From assembly GCA_030698385.1 (NCBI GenBank), contig JAUYLZ010000018.1:42744-106743 (forward strand): a stretch of 64,000 nt of DNA. The letters run 5' to 3'. Positions 18,699 to 28,019 of this stretch are shown piece by piece. Numbering within the stretch: position 1 is the stretch's first letter; the number at the start of each line of letters is the position of its first letter. A program made the translations under genes and the position numbers. Source of the DNA: a bacterium (GTDB lineage Bacteria > Patescibacteriota > Patescibacteriia > Patescibacteriales > XYC2-FULL-47-12). The notes under the pieces were generated by a model. The model searched no databases and was not told the DNA's origin. It saw only the letters and a program-made list of their open reading frames with translations.

Positions 18699-18725
18699 CT
18701 TTTTAAAAAATACTTGAAAAAACTC

Positions 18726-19913
18726 TTAAAACTCCTGCCGAATGCCAATCCCCAGCATCCAGCCGTTTAAATCAATATCTCCGGCGCCGATGTTGCGCGC
18801 GCTAACTGAAATGCGCCGATCGGCAAAGTAGTAACCGGCACCGAGGTCAAGGTAGGTGTGTTTGACAATTTGGCAACCAACCCCGCCGGTAACAATCCAG
18901 CCGGCTCCGTCCGGAATTGACGGCGGCGAATAGTCGGGCGTGCCGGCAGACATCCAAGCTCCGCCGAGCCGCAAAGTCCAAACTTCGTCCGGCTCGTACT
19001 CCAGCCCGGCGTGCACCGCATCAACCGCGCTCCATCCCAGGTCCAAAACATTCACAGGTAAGTTATCGTAACGAACCGCTACTTGATCATTTTTGCCATA
19101 GTCGGTGCGAAAGTATGATACTCCCGCTTTTAGTTCTTCCAGCGCCTGCCAAGATAAGCCAACCCCGAAACGCTCCGGCTGATAAATACCGGCGGACATG
19201 TTGTCGCTCGCAATGCCCACTCCGGCCGGAAATTTAGTCTCGCCGTCAATACCAACTTTAACTGACGGCGCATACACCAAGCCAAGCTTGAACGGGTCAA
19301 AGCGGAACAGCAGGCCAAGCTGAAACCCATAGCCGAAACCATCGGCTTCGGTTGTGGTCAAACCAAGCAACGCTGTGCCAGTCTGATCCAGCAACGGCAT
19401 CCGTAAATCCGCATCGCCATAAACAGTTTTGAACGAGGCGCCTAACGAAAAATACTCGTTAAACTCGTAGGCGGCGCCAAGCGTTACGTCGACAAACGAC
19501 AGATAGGTGTCAAAGCCTAAGCTGTCGCCGTAGTCCGCCGCCAGACCATAGGGCGCGTCAATACCGAGAGCAAAAACTAAGTCCTGCCAGCGGTACGCGA
19601 CCGCGCCGTAAGGAAACAAAAAGGTTTCATCTCGCGCCGCAAAATGACCGCCGCCTAAAATTAAATCACGATCATAGCTGAAATTTGTTGTCAGCCCGAC
19701 CAAACCCAAATCCCAGGCCCACTTATCAATTGCGGTAAGCGCGGCCGGGTTCAAAAATACCGCGCTGGCGCCATTGGGATCGGCAACCGTAAAACCACCT
19801 GCGGTTGCCAAGTCGCGGGCGGTAATGCCGTTCGCGGGACGATTAAGCGCGCCAGCCAAGCTTGTCTGAATAAAAACAACTAGTAACGCCAAAAATACCA
19901 CGAATCTTTTCAT
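18726..19913 (-). CDS. FadL/TodX-type outer-membrane transport protein
   Basis: 395 aa. Signal peptide MKRFVVFLALLVVFIQTSLAGA, alternating beta-strand pattern, terminal aromatic residue (..IRQEF). Visibly more G+C-rich than its neighbours. Confidence 0.65.
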   Translation of the reverse strand: MKRFVVFLALLVVFIQTSLAGALNRPANGITARDLATAGGFTVADPNGASAVFLNPAALTAIDKWAWDLGLVGLTTNFSYDRDLILGGGHFAARDETFLFPYGAVAYRWQDLVFALGIDAPYGLAADYGDSLGFDTYLSFVDVTLGAAYEFNEYFSLGASFKTVYGDADLRMPLLDQTGTALLGLTTTEADGFGYGFQLGLLFRFDPFKLGLVYAPSVKVGIDGETKFPAGVGIASDNMSAGIYQPERFGVGLSWQALEELKAGVSYFRTDYGKNDQVAVRYDNLPVNVLDLGWSAVDAVHAGLEYEPDEVWTLRLGGAWMSAGTPDYSPPSIPDGAGWIVTGGVGCQIVKHTYLDLGAGYYFADRRISVSARNIGAGDIDLNGWMLGIGIRQEF

Positions 19914-20261
19914 TGCTTTTCTCCTTAGTTGTGAAAGAATATTTTATTCTCCAGCGCCAATGTATTTGGTTGGAGGTCTTTATATACATAAAGAATATTA
20001 CACTTTAACGCAAAAAATAAAAAAGTCAACAGCTTATAAATTACCCTGTGGCAGAGGCCGCGGCGTAAAAGCCGATCCCCCATACCCATGTCGTTGCGAT
20101 ATGTGATATTTTTTTATAAGTTAAAAGACTCTTCGGGGTTGATCTCTCTTTTTCTATCGTCAATAAAATAAATAGCGCAGGGGTTGGCGGCTAACGCTTG
20201 CCTGTGAGTAGCCGGTAAAGAATTGTTAAGGAACAATTCAAATTATTATTACCTAAAAATA

Positions 20262-20609
20262 CTATTTTGTCAATCTCTCCAACAAAATAGCAACCACGCC
20301 GAATTTTTTTTCATCGGCAGGAGTATAAAAAGAGTAATACACGGCGACCGCGTCGCCAATTGATGTTTTATCGGGAGTAACCTGCCGCACGCCTTCGCTT
20401 TCCAGCATATCAGCGAATAATTTGTACACTTTTGTGCCAACAACCTTAAACGGCACGTCGTGCGGCGCGAGCAATAGTGTGTCTCTTTTTTTGACTTGCG
20501 CAAATTTTCCCTTGTTCAGCCTGCCTTCAATGGTCTTTTTGCCGGAGATTAAAAAAGAATGATAGGGTTCTTGCACATTGAATGATATTTGTTGCATATA
20601 TGCTATCAT
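20262..20609 (-). CDS. ASCH (PUA-like) domain protein
   Basis: FNVQEPYHSFLISGKKTIEGRL resembles the YqfB/ASCH N-terminus. Confidence 0.55.
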   Translation of the reverse strand: MIAYMQQISFNVQEPYHSFLISGKKTIEGRLNKGKFAQVKKRDTLLLAPHDVPFKVVGTKVYKLFADMLESEGVRQVTPDKTSIGDAVAVYYSFYTPADEKKFGVVAILLERLTK

Positions 20610-20642
20610 AACAAAAAACGCCCGAACAGGCGAGTTTTGTAG

Positions 20643-20728
20643 TGGTGGGCCGGGTAGGATTCGAACCTACGTAGCCGTGAGGCGTGAGATTTACAGTCTC
20701 ATGCATTTGACCGCTCTGCCACCGACCC
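20643..20728 (-). tRNA. tRNA-Tyr (anticodon GTA), long variable arm, CCA encoded
   Basis: GGGTCGGTGGCAGAGCGGTCAAATGCATGAGACTGTAAATCTCACGCCTCACGGCTACGTAGGTTCGAATCCTACCCGGCCCACCA. Confidence 0.85.
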
Positions 20729-20778
20729 ATATTAATTTCAGATTTCAGATTTTATAATATTCAATCATAAATCATAAA

Positions 20779-21651
20779 TCATAAATCATCAATTTGTCTC
20801 TTCATCTCTTTTAATCTTGCATTTTCCGGATTAATATCTTTTAGCATTTTATACGCGTCTAACGCATCAGCTTTATCTTTTGTTAGTATACTTAAATTAA
20901 AAGATGAGTCAAGATACTTAGGATTTTTCGGTTCAATTTTTAACGCCTGTTGCATGGCTTTTTTTGCGTCTTTATAATGACCTTGTGATTCGTGAATTTC
21001 GGCTAAATTAAAATAATTTTTACCATTCTCATTATTTAGGCCTATTGATTTTATATAATATTTCTTTGATTGTTCCAAATTTTCATTATTTTTCGCAATA
21101 TCAGCTAATCCGGCATAAACCTCGGAGTCCTCTTTGGTTAATTTCAAAACATGCTCAAGCGTCGCTTTTGCTTCCTCAACTTTTTCCATACTCAGATATA
21201 ACTGGCCTAACTTCTTGAAAGCATCAACGTTTTTACTGTCTAGACTGATAATTTTTATATAACACTTCTCAGCCTCAATATAACTCTGCGTATTTTTGAA
21301 GTCATCAGCCGCTGAAAAAAGTTCTTTAATTTCATTGTTGCCGCTTCTTTGCAGGCGCGAACTATATGAATACTCCTGCCGCGTCTTCTGCAGTTTTTCA
21401 TAAAATCCTTTGAAAAATCCGGCTAAAAAATTAATAACCGGCTTAGCAAATTTAACTATTGAATTACCAGACTTCTTTAAATTTCTTTTCAAACGGTTAC
21501 TAATGATTTGATGCTTCATGCGTTTTTCTTTTTCCTGCGGGATAGAGTCAACATCCAGACTGACAACTGCCGGAAATTTTTTTGTAACGACAAAAATGAT
21601 AACCACGGCTGCCGCTAATATCAATAATAATGGAATAATATTGTAAATCAT
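20779..21651 (-). CDS. membrane-anchored TPR-repeat protein
   Basis: 290 aa. N-terminal TM helix followed by repeated AxxxYxxAL-type TPR-like helices. Confidence 0.6.
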   Translation of the reverse strand: MIYNIIPLLLILAAAVVIIFVVTKKFPAVVSLDVDSIPQEKEKRMKHQIISNRLKRNLKKSGNSIVKFAKPVINFLAGFFKGFYEKLQKTRQEYSYSSRLQRSGNNEIKELFSAADDFKNTQSYIEAEKCYIKIISLDSKNVDAFKKLGQLYLSMEKVEEAKATLEHVLKLTKEDSEVYAGLADIAKNNENLEQSKKYYIKSIGLNNENGKNYFNLAEIHESQGHYKDAKKAMQQALKIEPKNPKYLDSSFNLSILTKDKADALDAYKMLKDINPENARLKEMKRQIDDL

Positions 21652-21657
21652 AATTTA

Positions 21658-22425
21658 TTAATTACTGGCGACAATTTTGGCAAATTCTTCAGCTTTTAGC
21701 GAAGCTCCGCCGATTAATAAACCATCGACATGGTCTAGTTTGGTAAAATCAGATGAATTCTCACCGGTAACACTGCCGCCATAGACAACTCGTATCTGAT
21801 GTTTAGTCACGTCAATCCCAAGCAGATCAATCAATGCTACATTGATAATTTTGTGCATGGTCGCGGCATCATCAGGCTGAATTGCCTGGCCGGTGCCAAT
21901 CTCCCAAACCGGCTCATAGGCAACAATAATTTCTTGTTTTGGCAAAAGTTTAATGCCACCGAGCGCCTGCTGCAATTGATCGGTAATGACATAATCGCGC
22001 TTGTCTGGGTCGCGTTCCTTTAAATTTTCCCCGATACAAACAATCGGCGTAATTTGCGAAGTACTGAGCACTGACTTTACTTTTTGATGAATCATCTGAT
22101 AATTTTCCAGCAAGTACTGGCGACGCTCGCTGTGTCCGACAATTACATAACTGCAGCCAAGTTCTTCCAGAATTGGCGCGGAAATTTCACCGGTGTAACT
22201 GCCCTTTTCCTCCCAAAAAACATCTTGCCCTCCCAGCTTCACGAAACTTGAGCGAAAAATCTCGCTAATGCTTGATAAAGCCATGGTTGAAACGCAGGCA
22301 ACCACGTCATTATCGCCGGCGTTGCCTTCATTTAAAAGTTCCGTATATTGCTTTGCCAAACTTATACTTTCCGCAAAACTTAATTTCATTTTCCAGTTGG
22401 CAATGATAATTTTCTTTTTGTTCAT
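21658..22425 (-). CDS. tpiA: triose-phosphate isomerase
   Basis: IIANWKM, VIVGHSERR and AYEPVWEIGTG motifs. Confidence 0.9.
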   Translation of the reverse strand: MNKKKIIIANWKMKLSFAESISLAKQYTELLNEGNAGDNDVVACVSTMALSSISEIFRSSFVKLGGQDVFWEEKGSYTGEISAPILEELGCSYVIVGHSERRQYLLENYQMIHQKVKSVLSTSQITPIVCIGENLKERDPDKRDYVITDQLQQALGGIKLLPKQEIIVAYEPVWEIGTGQAIQPDDAATMHKIINVALIDLLGIDVTKHQIRVVYGGSVTGENSSDFTKLDHVDGLLIGGASLKAEEFAKIVASN

Positions 22426-22454
22426 ATGAAAAAATTAAATAATTAATATTTTTA

Positions 22455-22955
22455 CTAAATAATAGCCAAAAAACCGGCGCTTAGAACAGCCACAATACAT
22501 GCTGACAGTATAACGCCTACGCTGATAAAAAGCAATGCTCTCGCCGGCTTTATGCCAAATAAAAAGGCGGCGATACTCCCCGTCCAAAATCCGGTCATTG
22601 GCAGGGGTATGGCGACAAATAACATCAGAGCAATCTCGCCCCAACGTTCGTATTTTTGCATGAACCTGCGTTCAGTGCGCGCAAAAAACCAATCAAGAAA
22701 CCTGTCAGCCAATGTCATTTTTCCCCTGATTATTTTCACAACCGCGTCAATAAAAAAAATAATTATCGCCGCCGCAATAATACCGCCGACACTGGCCCAA
22801 AAAATAGCCTGCCCCGCCGGCAGATCATAAACTGTCATGGCGACTGGCACTGCTACTCTATTTTCGCCGATTGGCATCATGGCAATTAGCGCGGTCGCTA
22901 ACTCCGGCGGCAAGCCCTGAAAAAATTCTACATATGAATTCATAATTTTGGCCAC
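22455..22955 (-). CDS. integral membrane protein (small multidrug-export-like)
   Basis: 166 aa with about 4 hydrophobic segments. The family call is tentative. Confidence 0.35.
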   Translation of the reverse strand: MAKIMNSYVEFFQGLPPELATALIAMMPIGENRVAVPVAMTVYDLPAGQAIFWASVGGIIAAAIIIFFIDAVVKIIRGKMTLADRFLDWFFARTERRFMQKYERWGEIALMLFVAIPLPMTGFWTGSIAAFLFGIKPARALLFISVGVILSACIVAVLSAGFLAII

Positions 22956-23941
22956 AGATAATTATTATAAGTCCAGTCAACCAGTTTTTTTGTATCCTCA
23001 AATCGCAGTTCAACTCCGGCGCTATTCAAAACAACTGAGATGATTCTGTTTCCATTTTCGTTTTGAAACTTGCCGGCAAAACAAAATCCGGCGCTATTGA
23101 TATAGCCGGTTTTACCGCCCAGCACCTCATATTCATTACTGCCTAAGAGCATATCGGTGTTTTCAATAATGCGCGTCTTACCCTGTTTGGTTACCAGTCT
23201 GTAACTGGATTTAGCAGTCGTGCCGCGTATTTTTTCATTACTTAAAGCGATATTTAATAAAGCCGCGACATCGCTTGAGTTAGACAAATTATTTGAACTC
23301 AAGCCGATCGGATCGACAAATACCGTGTGTTTTAATCCTAATTCAAACGCCTTGTCATTCATCTTGTCCACAAACTGCTGTTCTTCATAACCAATGGCAT
23401 GCACCATGGCTATGGTCTCGGTATTGCCGGATCCAACCAAACTGGCATTTATCAAGTTATCAAGCGTAACAATATCGCCATTGAATAAATAAATTCGGCC
23501 CCCCTCACGCCGGTCATCAGCGGTTATGGTATATTCTTGGTTTAAATCAATCTCCTGATCCAATACAACTAAGGCGGTCATTAGCTTGGTAATACTGGCA
23601 ATGGATGTAATATCGCTGATATTTTTACCAAACAAAACTTCGCTGGTATCAGCATCAATCACAATAGCTGATTGGGCGGTAATCTCCGGCATCGGATCAA
23701 AACCCGGACGCAAACTAATAGTTAAAACCTTTTCTTCAATTTGCGGCAACACATTTTTGTCTGCCGCAATTTCTTCTTGAGCTAAAGTTACGGCCGCGTC
23801 AGCTTGCTCAAAAACCTCAACTTCTCCCATCACTTGCGCCTGCGTTTTGGAAATATTAAAAGTATCCATCGCGAAGGTAATCGGATTTATCTGAAAGATT
23901 GATAAGATTATTATTAAAATAATTGTTACTGCCACTACCAT
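22940..23941 (-). CDS. D-alanyl-D-alanine carboxypeptidase (peptidase S11)
   Basis: SITK (SxxK), SGN and KTGY motifs in the canonical order. N-terminal TM anchor. Confidence 0.75.
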   Translation of the reverse strand: MVVAVTIILIIILSIFQINPITFAMDTFNISKTQAQVMGEVEVFEQADAAVTLAQEEIAADKNVLPQIEEKVLTISLRPGFDPMPEITAQSAIVIDADTSEVLFGKNISDITSIASITKLMTALVVLDQEIDLNQEYTITADDRREGGRIYLFNGDIVTLDNLINASLVGSGNTETIAMVHAIGYEEQQFVDKMNDKAFELGLKHTVFVDPIGLSSNNLSNSSDVAALLNIALSNEKIRGTTAKSSYRLVTKQGKTRIIENTDMLLGSNEYEVLGGKTGYINSAGFCFAGKFQNENGNRIISVVLNSAGVELRFEDTKKLVDWTYNNYLWPKL

Positions 23942-23947
23942 TTATTT

Positions 23948-25675
23948 TTATTCATTTAACTTCCCCTCTCCGTTTGGATTGTAGCCGTTCGCTACCTCAT
24001 CGCCGTCGAAGTAACCGTCGCCGTCCGTATCCGGATTGAGCGGATCAGTGCCCCAAATATTTATTTCTTCATCATTGGATAAATTATCACCATCCCAGTC
24101 TGTATTCAAATCACCATTAGACGAACTCTCAATCGTATTGTCATTAAGTTCATCTCCCGAAAGGCCAGCTGAATCAATGTCATCACTCATCATTACATCT
24201 TCCGGACTAAAAGCGCCAAATATCAATTCATCAACTCCAGAATGAATCCCCTCAATGCTAGCCGTATTTACACCAGCTGACAAACCGCCAACACCGCCTT
24301 CTAAACTGAACACAATTTGATAATCAGCGCCATCCGATGAATAGTACCGATATGTATAAGGGGTTGTGTTGTTTGGATCAGTCGGCAATGGGTAGATGTA
24401 GTCTGAGATAGTCGTGTTTGGCGCGCATTCAAAATCACCCGGGAAATCTCCCGGAACTAATTGAACCGGATACTGCCCACCAGCGGTATAACAAAGCTCC
24501 AAAGCAGTCTGCATTTGTTTGATATCAGCGACACGCTTGGCATCGCGCGACTTGGCCTGCGCATCTTCAAAAGAACCGCCCATCATCTGTTCCATAATTA
24601 ATTTACCATATTCTTCCAAAGAAACTGTCTCGCTTGGCGCTGTAAATGTTGTATTATCAGCTAATTTTTTAAAAGTCATGCTAAAATCAAGCGCTATATT
24701 TCCCTCTTCGGTTTTGATGGTTTGGTCTATGGCAAATTTGCGGAATTGCTTTTCATCCGGACTGACCCATACTTTTATCTTTAAATCACTGAAGGGCTTC
24801 CACTCCTCATCGGAGAATTCTTGAAAACGCTTATCCAACAAGTCACGCCGGTCTTCATCTTCAACTTTTGATATTAATGAACGGACTGCCGCATTAGTGC
24901 CTACGCGGTCCAAACTTATTATATAAACATAAGCCTGCTCGCCAAGCGTTTGGTCGTTTGTATCCAATACTTCAATATTTAACGCATTATTATCTTTTAA
25001 CGAAGCAACAAACTGATCTTTGGTAATATTGGATTCAGTGCCACTTTCCACCAAGCTATTTTCATCTACTTTTATCCATTGCTCCGGCAATTCCAGCGAG
25101 GCAATCCCCAGTGGTATATTTTTAATTTTCGGCCTCAGATAAATGTCTTTGCTATTTATAATCAAAACTTCCAATTCGCCATAATTATTACCATCAACCG
25201 TTATGAAAAAATTAGCTTCGGAATTTATAGCTTCTTGGTTGGTCGCATCGCTGCGCAGTAAAAAAGTCAGCGCTAAGCTGTGCTGGTCATCACTGCTAAA
25301 TAGGTCACTGATTACATCCAGACTTGATGAATCTCTGCCGGTTGGATCTAGAATGCCTTTGGTAACAGTAGTGTTGATTTTTCCGTCAACCTCCACTTTC
25401 TCATAACCATAACTATTGCTCAGTGCTTGCCAAAAAACCTCCACCGGATCGGCGGAAAAAAACTTCTGGTACCCCCACCAGCTGCCGTAAGCAATTCCGG
25501 AAACGACAAAAATACCCAATACCAAAATAATTATTAATTTTAATTTTCCCGGTTTTGTTTCTTTTGACTCGGACGGCTTTTCTGCCGGCATCGGATTAAT
25601 CGCGCCCAAAGATTCGTTGATTTCGTTCTGCGCCGCTAAAGCGCCCGATTGTTTTGGATTTAATTGTTCCTCCAT
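23948..25675 (-). CDS. membrane-anchored surface protein with pilin-like segment and TSP3-type Ca-binding repeats
   Basis: 575 aa. Has a TM helix, then RDAKRVADIKQMQTALELCY, which resembles a pilin-like core. The C-terminus has DTDGDGYFDGDE-type repeats. Confidence 0.4.
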   Translation of the reverse strand: MEEQLNPKQSGALAAQNEINESLGAINPMPAEKPSESKETKPGKLKLIIILVLGIFVVSGIAYGSWWGYQKFFSADPVEVFWQALSNSYGYEKVEVDGKINTTVTKGILDPTGRDSSSLDVISDLFSSDDQHSLALTFLLRSDATNQEAINSEANFFITVDGNNYGELEVLIINSKDIYLRPKIKNIPLGIASLELPEQWIKVDENSLVESGTESNITKDQFVASLKDNNALNIEVLDTNDQTLGEQAYVYIISLDRVGTNAAVRSLISKVEDEDRRDLLDKRFQEFSDEEWKPFSDLKIKVWVSPDEKQFRKFAIDQTIKTEEGNIALDFSMTFKKLADNTTFTAPSETVSLEEYGKLIMEQMMGGSFEDAQAKSRDAKRVADIKQMQTALELCYTAGGQYPVQLVPGDFPGDFECAPNTTISDYIYPLPTDPNNTTPYTYRYYSSDGADYQIVFSLEGGVGGLSAGVNTASIEGIHSGVDELIFGAFSPEDVMMSDDIDSAGLSGDELNDNTIESSSNGDLNTDWDGDNLSNDEEINIWGTDPLNPDTDGDGYFDGDEVANGYNPNGEGKLNE

Positions 25676-25713
25676 ACAAAAATTTATTATATTAAAAAAA
25701 TTATTAAAAAAAA

Positions 25714-26256
25714 TTAAGCTTCTCCGGCTAAAAACTTATCAATATCTTCGTTTTTATGAAGTTTTTCATAATCAGGAAGATCATTGACTGAATTAATGCC
25801 AAGATGTTTTAAAAATTCAATTGTAATATTAAAATACGACTGCCTCTGCTTCGCGTCTTTTTTTTCTTCAATTAAACCTCGTATCTGCAGATTTCGCAAA
25901 ATCAAAGAACAATTAATACCGCGGATTCTTTCCAATTCCAATTTCGTAATCGGCCCGCGATAGGCGATAATTGTCAGTGTTTCAATGGAAGGACGAGTCA
26001 GTTCTCCGGTCATTTCGTCTTTGACAAACTTTTCCGCCAGTTCATTAAGCTCACTACTGGTTACAATTTGCGCTTTTTCTTCGGTCAAAATTATCTGAAT
26101 GCCTCTTTTCTGATGATAATATTGTTCGCTCATCAACTGTACGGTTTTTTTTATCTCATCAACAGAACGAACTGAGGTGAGCATGGCGATTCTTTTGAAC
26201 GCCAGCGGCTTGCCGGCGATAAAAAGCAACGATTCAATTTTGGCGGATAACTCCAT
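25714..26256 (-). CDS. scpB: segregation and condensation protein B
   Basis: IESLLFIAGKPL start, 180 aa, adjacent to scpA. Confidence 0.85.
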   Translation of the reverse strand: MELSAKIESLLFIAGKPLAFKRIAMLTSVRSVDEIKKTVQLMSEQYYHQKRGIQIILTEEKAQIVTSSELNELAEKFVKDEMTGELTRPSIETLTIIAYRGPITKLELERIRGINCSLILRNLQIRGLIEEKKDAKQRQSYFNITIEFLKHLGINSVNDLPDYEKLHKNEDIDKFLAGEA

Positions 26257-26261
26257 ATTTT

Positions 26262-26963
26262 TTAAATTTTATTTATAGTAATATCGGAAAAAAGCTTACT
26301 TTGATCGCAAGACACAATTTTTTGTTTAGTTAGCTCCAATATGGCTATGAAGCTGATGATAATATCAATTTTACCCTCGCTCGTACTGATAAATTTATTA
26401 AAACTCATTACCCCTAATTTATCCAAAGCGCTCCTAAGCGTGGAAATTCTTTCATCCAAACTAACCGACTTAACAATGCTGTCTTCTGCCAAAGTTTCCT
26501 CAGGACGCAGGCGTTTAATAACCACTTTGAACTCGTGCTTTAAAATTTGTAAATTAACGTTTGGCGGCGGAAAAAACATTTTTTCTTCGCTGGCGCCAAA
26601 ATTAAAAGACTCTCTGGCGCGCATATAGTTTCTTTGCGCCCACATATCTTTAATTACTTTTGAAGCATCAAGAAAATCTTTGTAGATTTTGAGCTGATTG
26701 GCAAAGTCGGCGATTTCGTCCTCTTCTTCATCTTGGATCAAATAAGGCAGCAAAGTTTTTGACTTTATTAAAAGCAACCGCGAGGCGATTACCAAAAAAT
26801 TAGCCATTTCTTCCGGATCAATCTGTTTGTTATTTTCAATATAAGTAATATATTGGTCGGCGATTTGGGCCAGGCTGATTTCGGTAATATCAAGCTTCTG
26901 CTCTTGGATCATTTCCAACAACAGGTCTAACGGTCCGCTAAATTGTTCGGCGGTGAAATTCAT
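26262..26963 (-). CDS. scpA: segregation and condensation protein A
   Basis: FSGPLDLLLEMIQEQKLDITEISLAQIADQY. Confidence 0.85.
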   Translation of the reverse strand: MNFTAEQFSGPLDLLLEMIQEQKLDITEISLAQIADQYITYIENNKQIDPEEMANFLVIASRLLLIKSKTLLPYLIQDEEEDEIADFANQLKIYKDFLDASKVIKDMWAQRNYMRARESFNFGASEEKMFFPPPNVNLQILKHEFKVVIKRLRPEETLAEDSIVKSVSLDERISTLRSALDKLGVMSFNKFISTSEGKIDIIISFIAILELTKQKIVSCDQSKLFSDITINKI

Positions 26964-27111
26964 ACGTTAATAGTGATTAGCTATAAGTGAATAGTGAACA
27001 GTAATGACTAATAAACTTTTTTTGCTTTTTCCATTGCTTGGATAATGCCGCAAATTAATTTATAGCCTTCAAAACTTTTGACCTTAATTATTATTAATTA
27101 CTAATCACTTT

Positions 27112-27729
27112 TCACTTGCTCAATTTCCTAATCGCAACTTTCTTTTTCTTTGCAGCAGCTTTCTTTGCCTTTCGCCTCTCTCCAAATACAGCCAAATCCG
27201 CGTCTTCAATGTTTAAAAAATCTCGCACCTTCATCTCTATGGAGTGGTTGAGCCCGCCGGAGGAAAAGAGCGCCTTTTTGGTTTTGGTCAAATTTTTCTC
27301 GGCAATGACCGGCAGTTTGTGCAGTTTGCCAAACGCGCTCACCGTTTCATCTTTTATGTTGAGCAGTCCTTGCATGATTTTTTCACCGGGAATTTTTATC
27401 GTCCTTACGTCTTTTCCCCTCGCTTTGGCAATGCACTGGCCGAGTTTTTCAAAATTCACGTTTTGGTCAGCCGGCAAAATTACCACATAGTAATCTTTAT
27501 CAGCCTTTACCAGAAGCGATTTGGCGATTTCATTTATCTTTTTGCCGGTTGTCATGGCCGCGTCATAAGCCGTATAGACGGTTTTGTGTTCAATAACTTC
27601 ATGCGGCACGCCGGCTTTTTCCAGATAGCTAATCACTTTTTTTGGCAGTTTTTTTACCCGCCCGATGGAACGCTTGGCAGTAAAAAATTTTTTTCCGGTC
27701 GCTTTTTTCGCTGTAATTTTTTTGGGCAT
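27112..27729 (-). CDS. YbaK/EbsC-type aminoacyl-tRNA deacylase domain with Lys-rich N- and C-terminal tails
   Basis: The core HEVIEHKTVYTAYDAA...LLVKADKDYYVVILPADQNVNFEKL is YbaK-like. The tails are MPKKITAKKATGKK.. and ..RRKAKKAAAKKKKVAIRK. Confidence 0.65.
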   Translation of the reverse strand: MPKKITAKKATGKKFFTAKRSIGRVKKLPKKVISYLEKAGVPHEVIEHKTVYTAYDAAMTTGKKINEIAKSLLVKADKDYYVVILPADQNVNFEKLGQCIAKARGKDVRTIKIPGEKIMQGLLNIKDETVSAFGKLHKLPVIAEKNLTKTKKALFSSGGLNHSIEMKVRDFLNIEDADLAVFGERRKAKKAAAKKKKVAIRKLSK

Positions 27730-27955
27730 AAGGATATCTTATATATTATTAAAAAATATGCATGATACATTGTGTTATGCGCCTGCCTGCCTGCCTGCCG
27801 GTAGGCAAGCCGGCAAGGCAGGTTGCGCGCTCTGCGAATAGCATTATTTTAGTAGTTACATTATAGCCTATTTTTGGCGCTATCGCAAAAAAATACTGTG
27901 CAAATCTTGACACAAAAAAATAATAATGTTAGTATTCATATTACCTTCATTTTTT

Positions 27956-28019
27956 ACAAAAAAATATTAAAGGAGAAAACTCCGCCAAATAAATTTGGAC
28001 GGGGTACAAGAAAAAAATG
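27956..28019 (+). promoter_or_regulatory. conserved 5' leader hairpin element, copy 1
   Basis: ACAAAAAAATATTAAAGGAGAAAACTCCGCCAAATAAATTTGGACGGGGTACAAGAAAAAAATG. About 90% identical to the leuA leader at 45278..45340. The stem is CTCCGCCAAA/TTTGG(a)CGGGG. It contains an in-frame TAA, so it is non-coding. Confidence 0.5.

Noticed and set aside
20527-20730. Track ORF of 67 aa on the minus strand.
   Set aside because: It overlaps tRNA-Tyr (20643..20728) almost completely.
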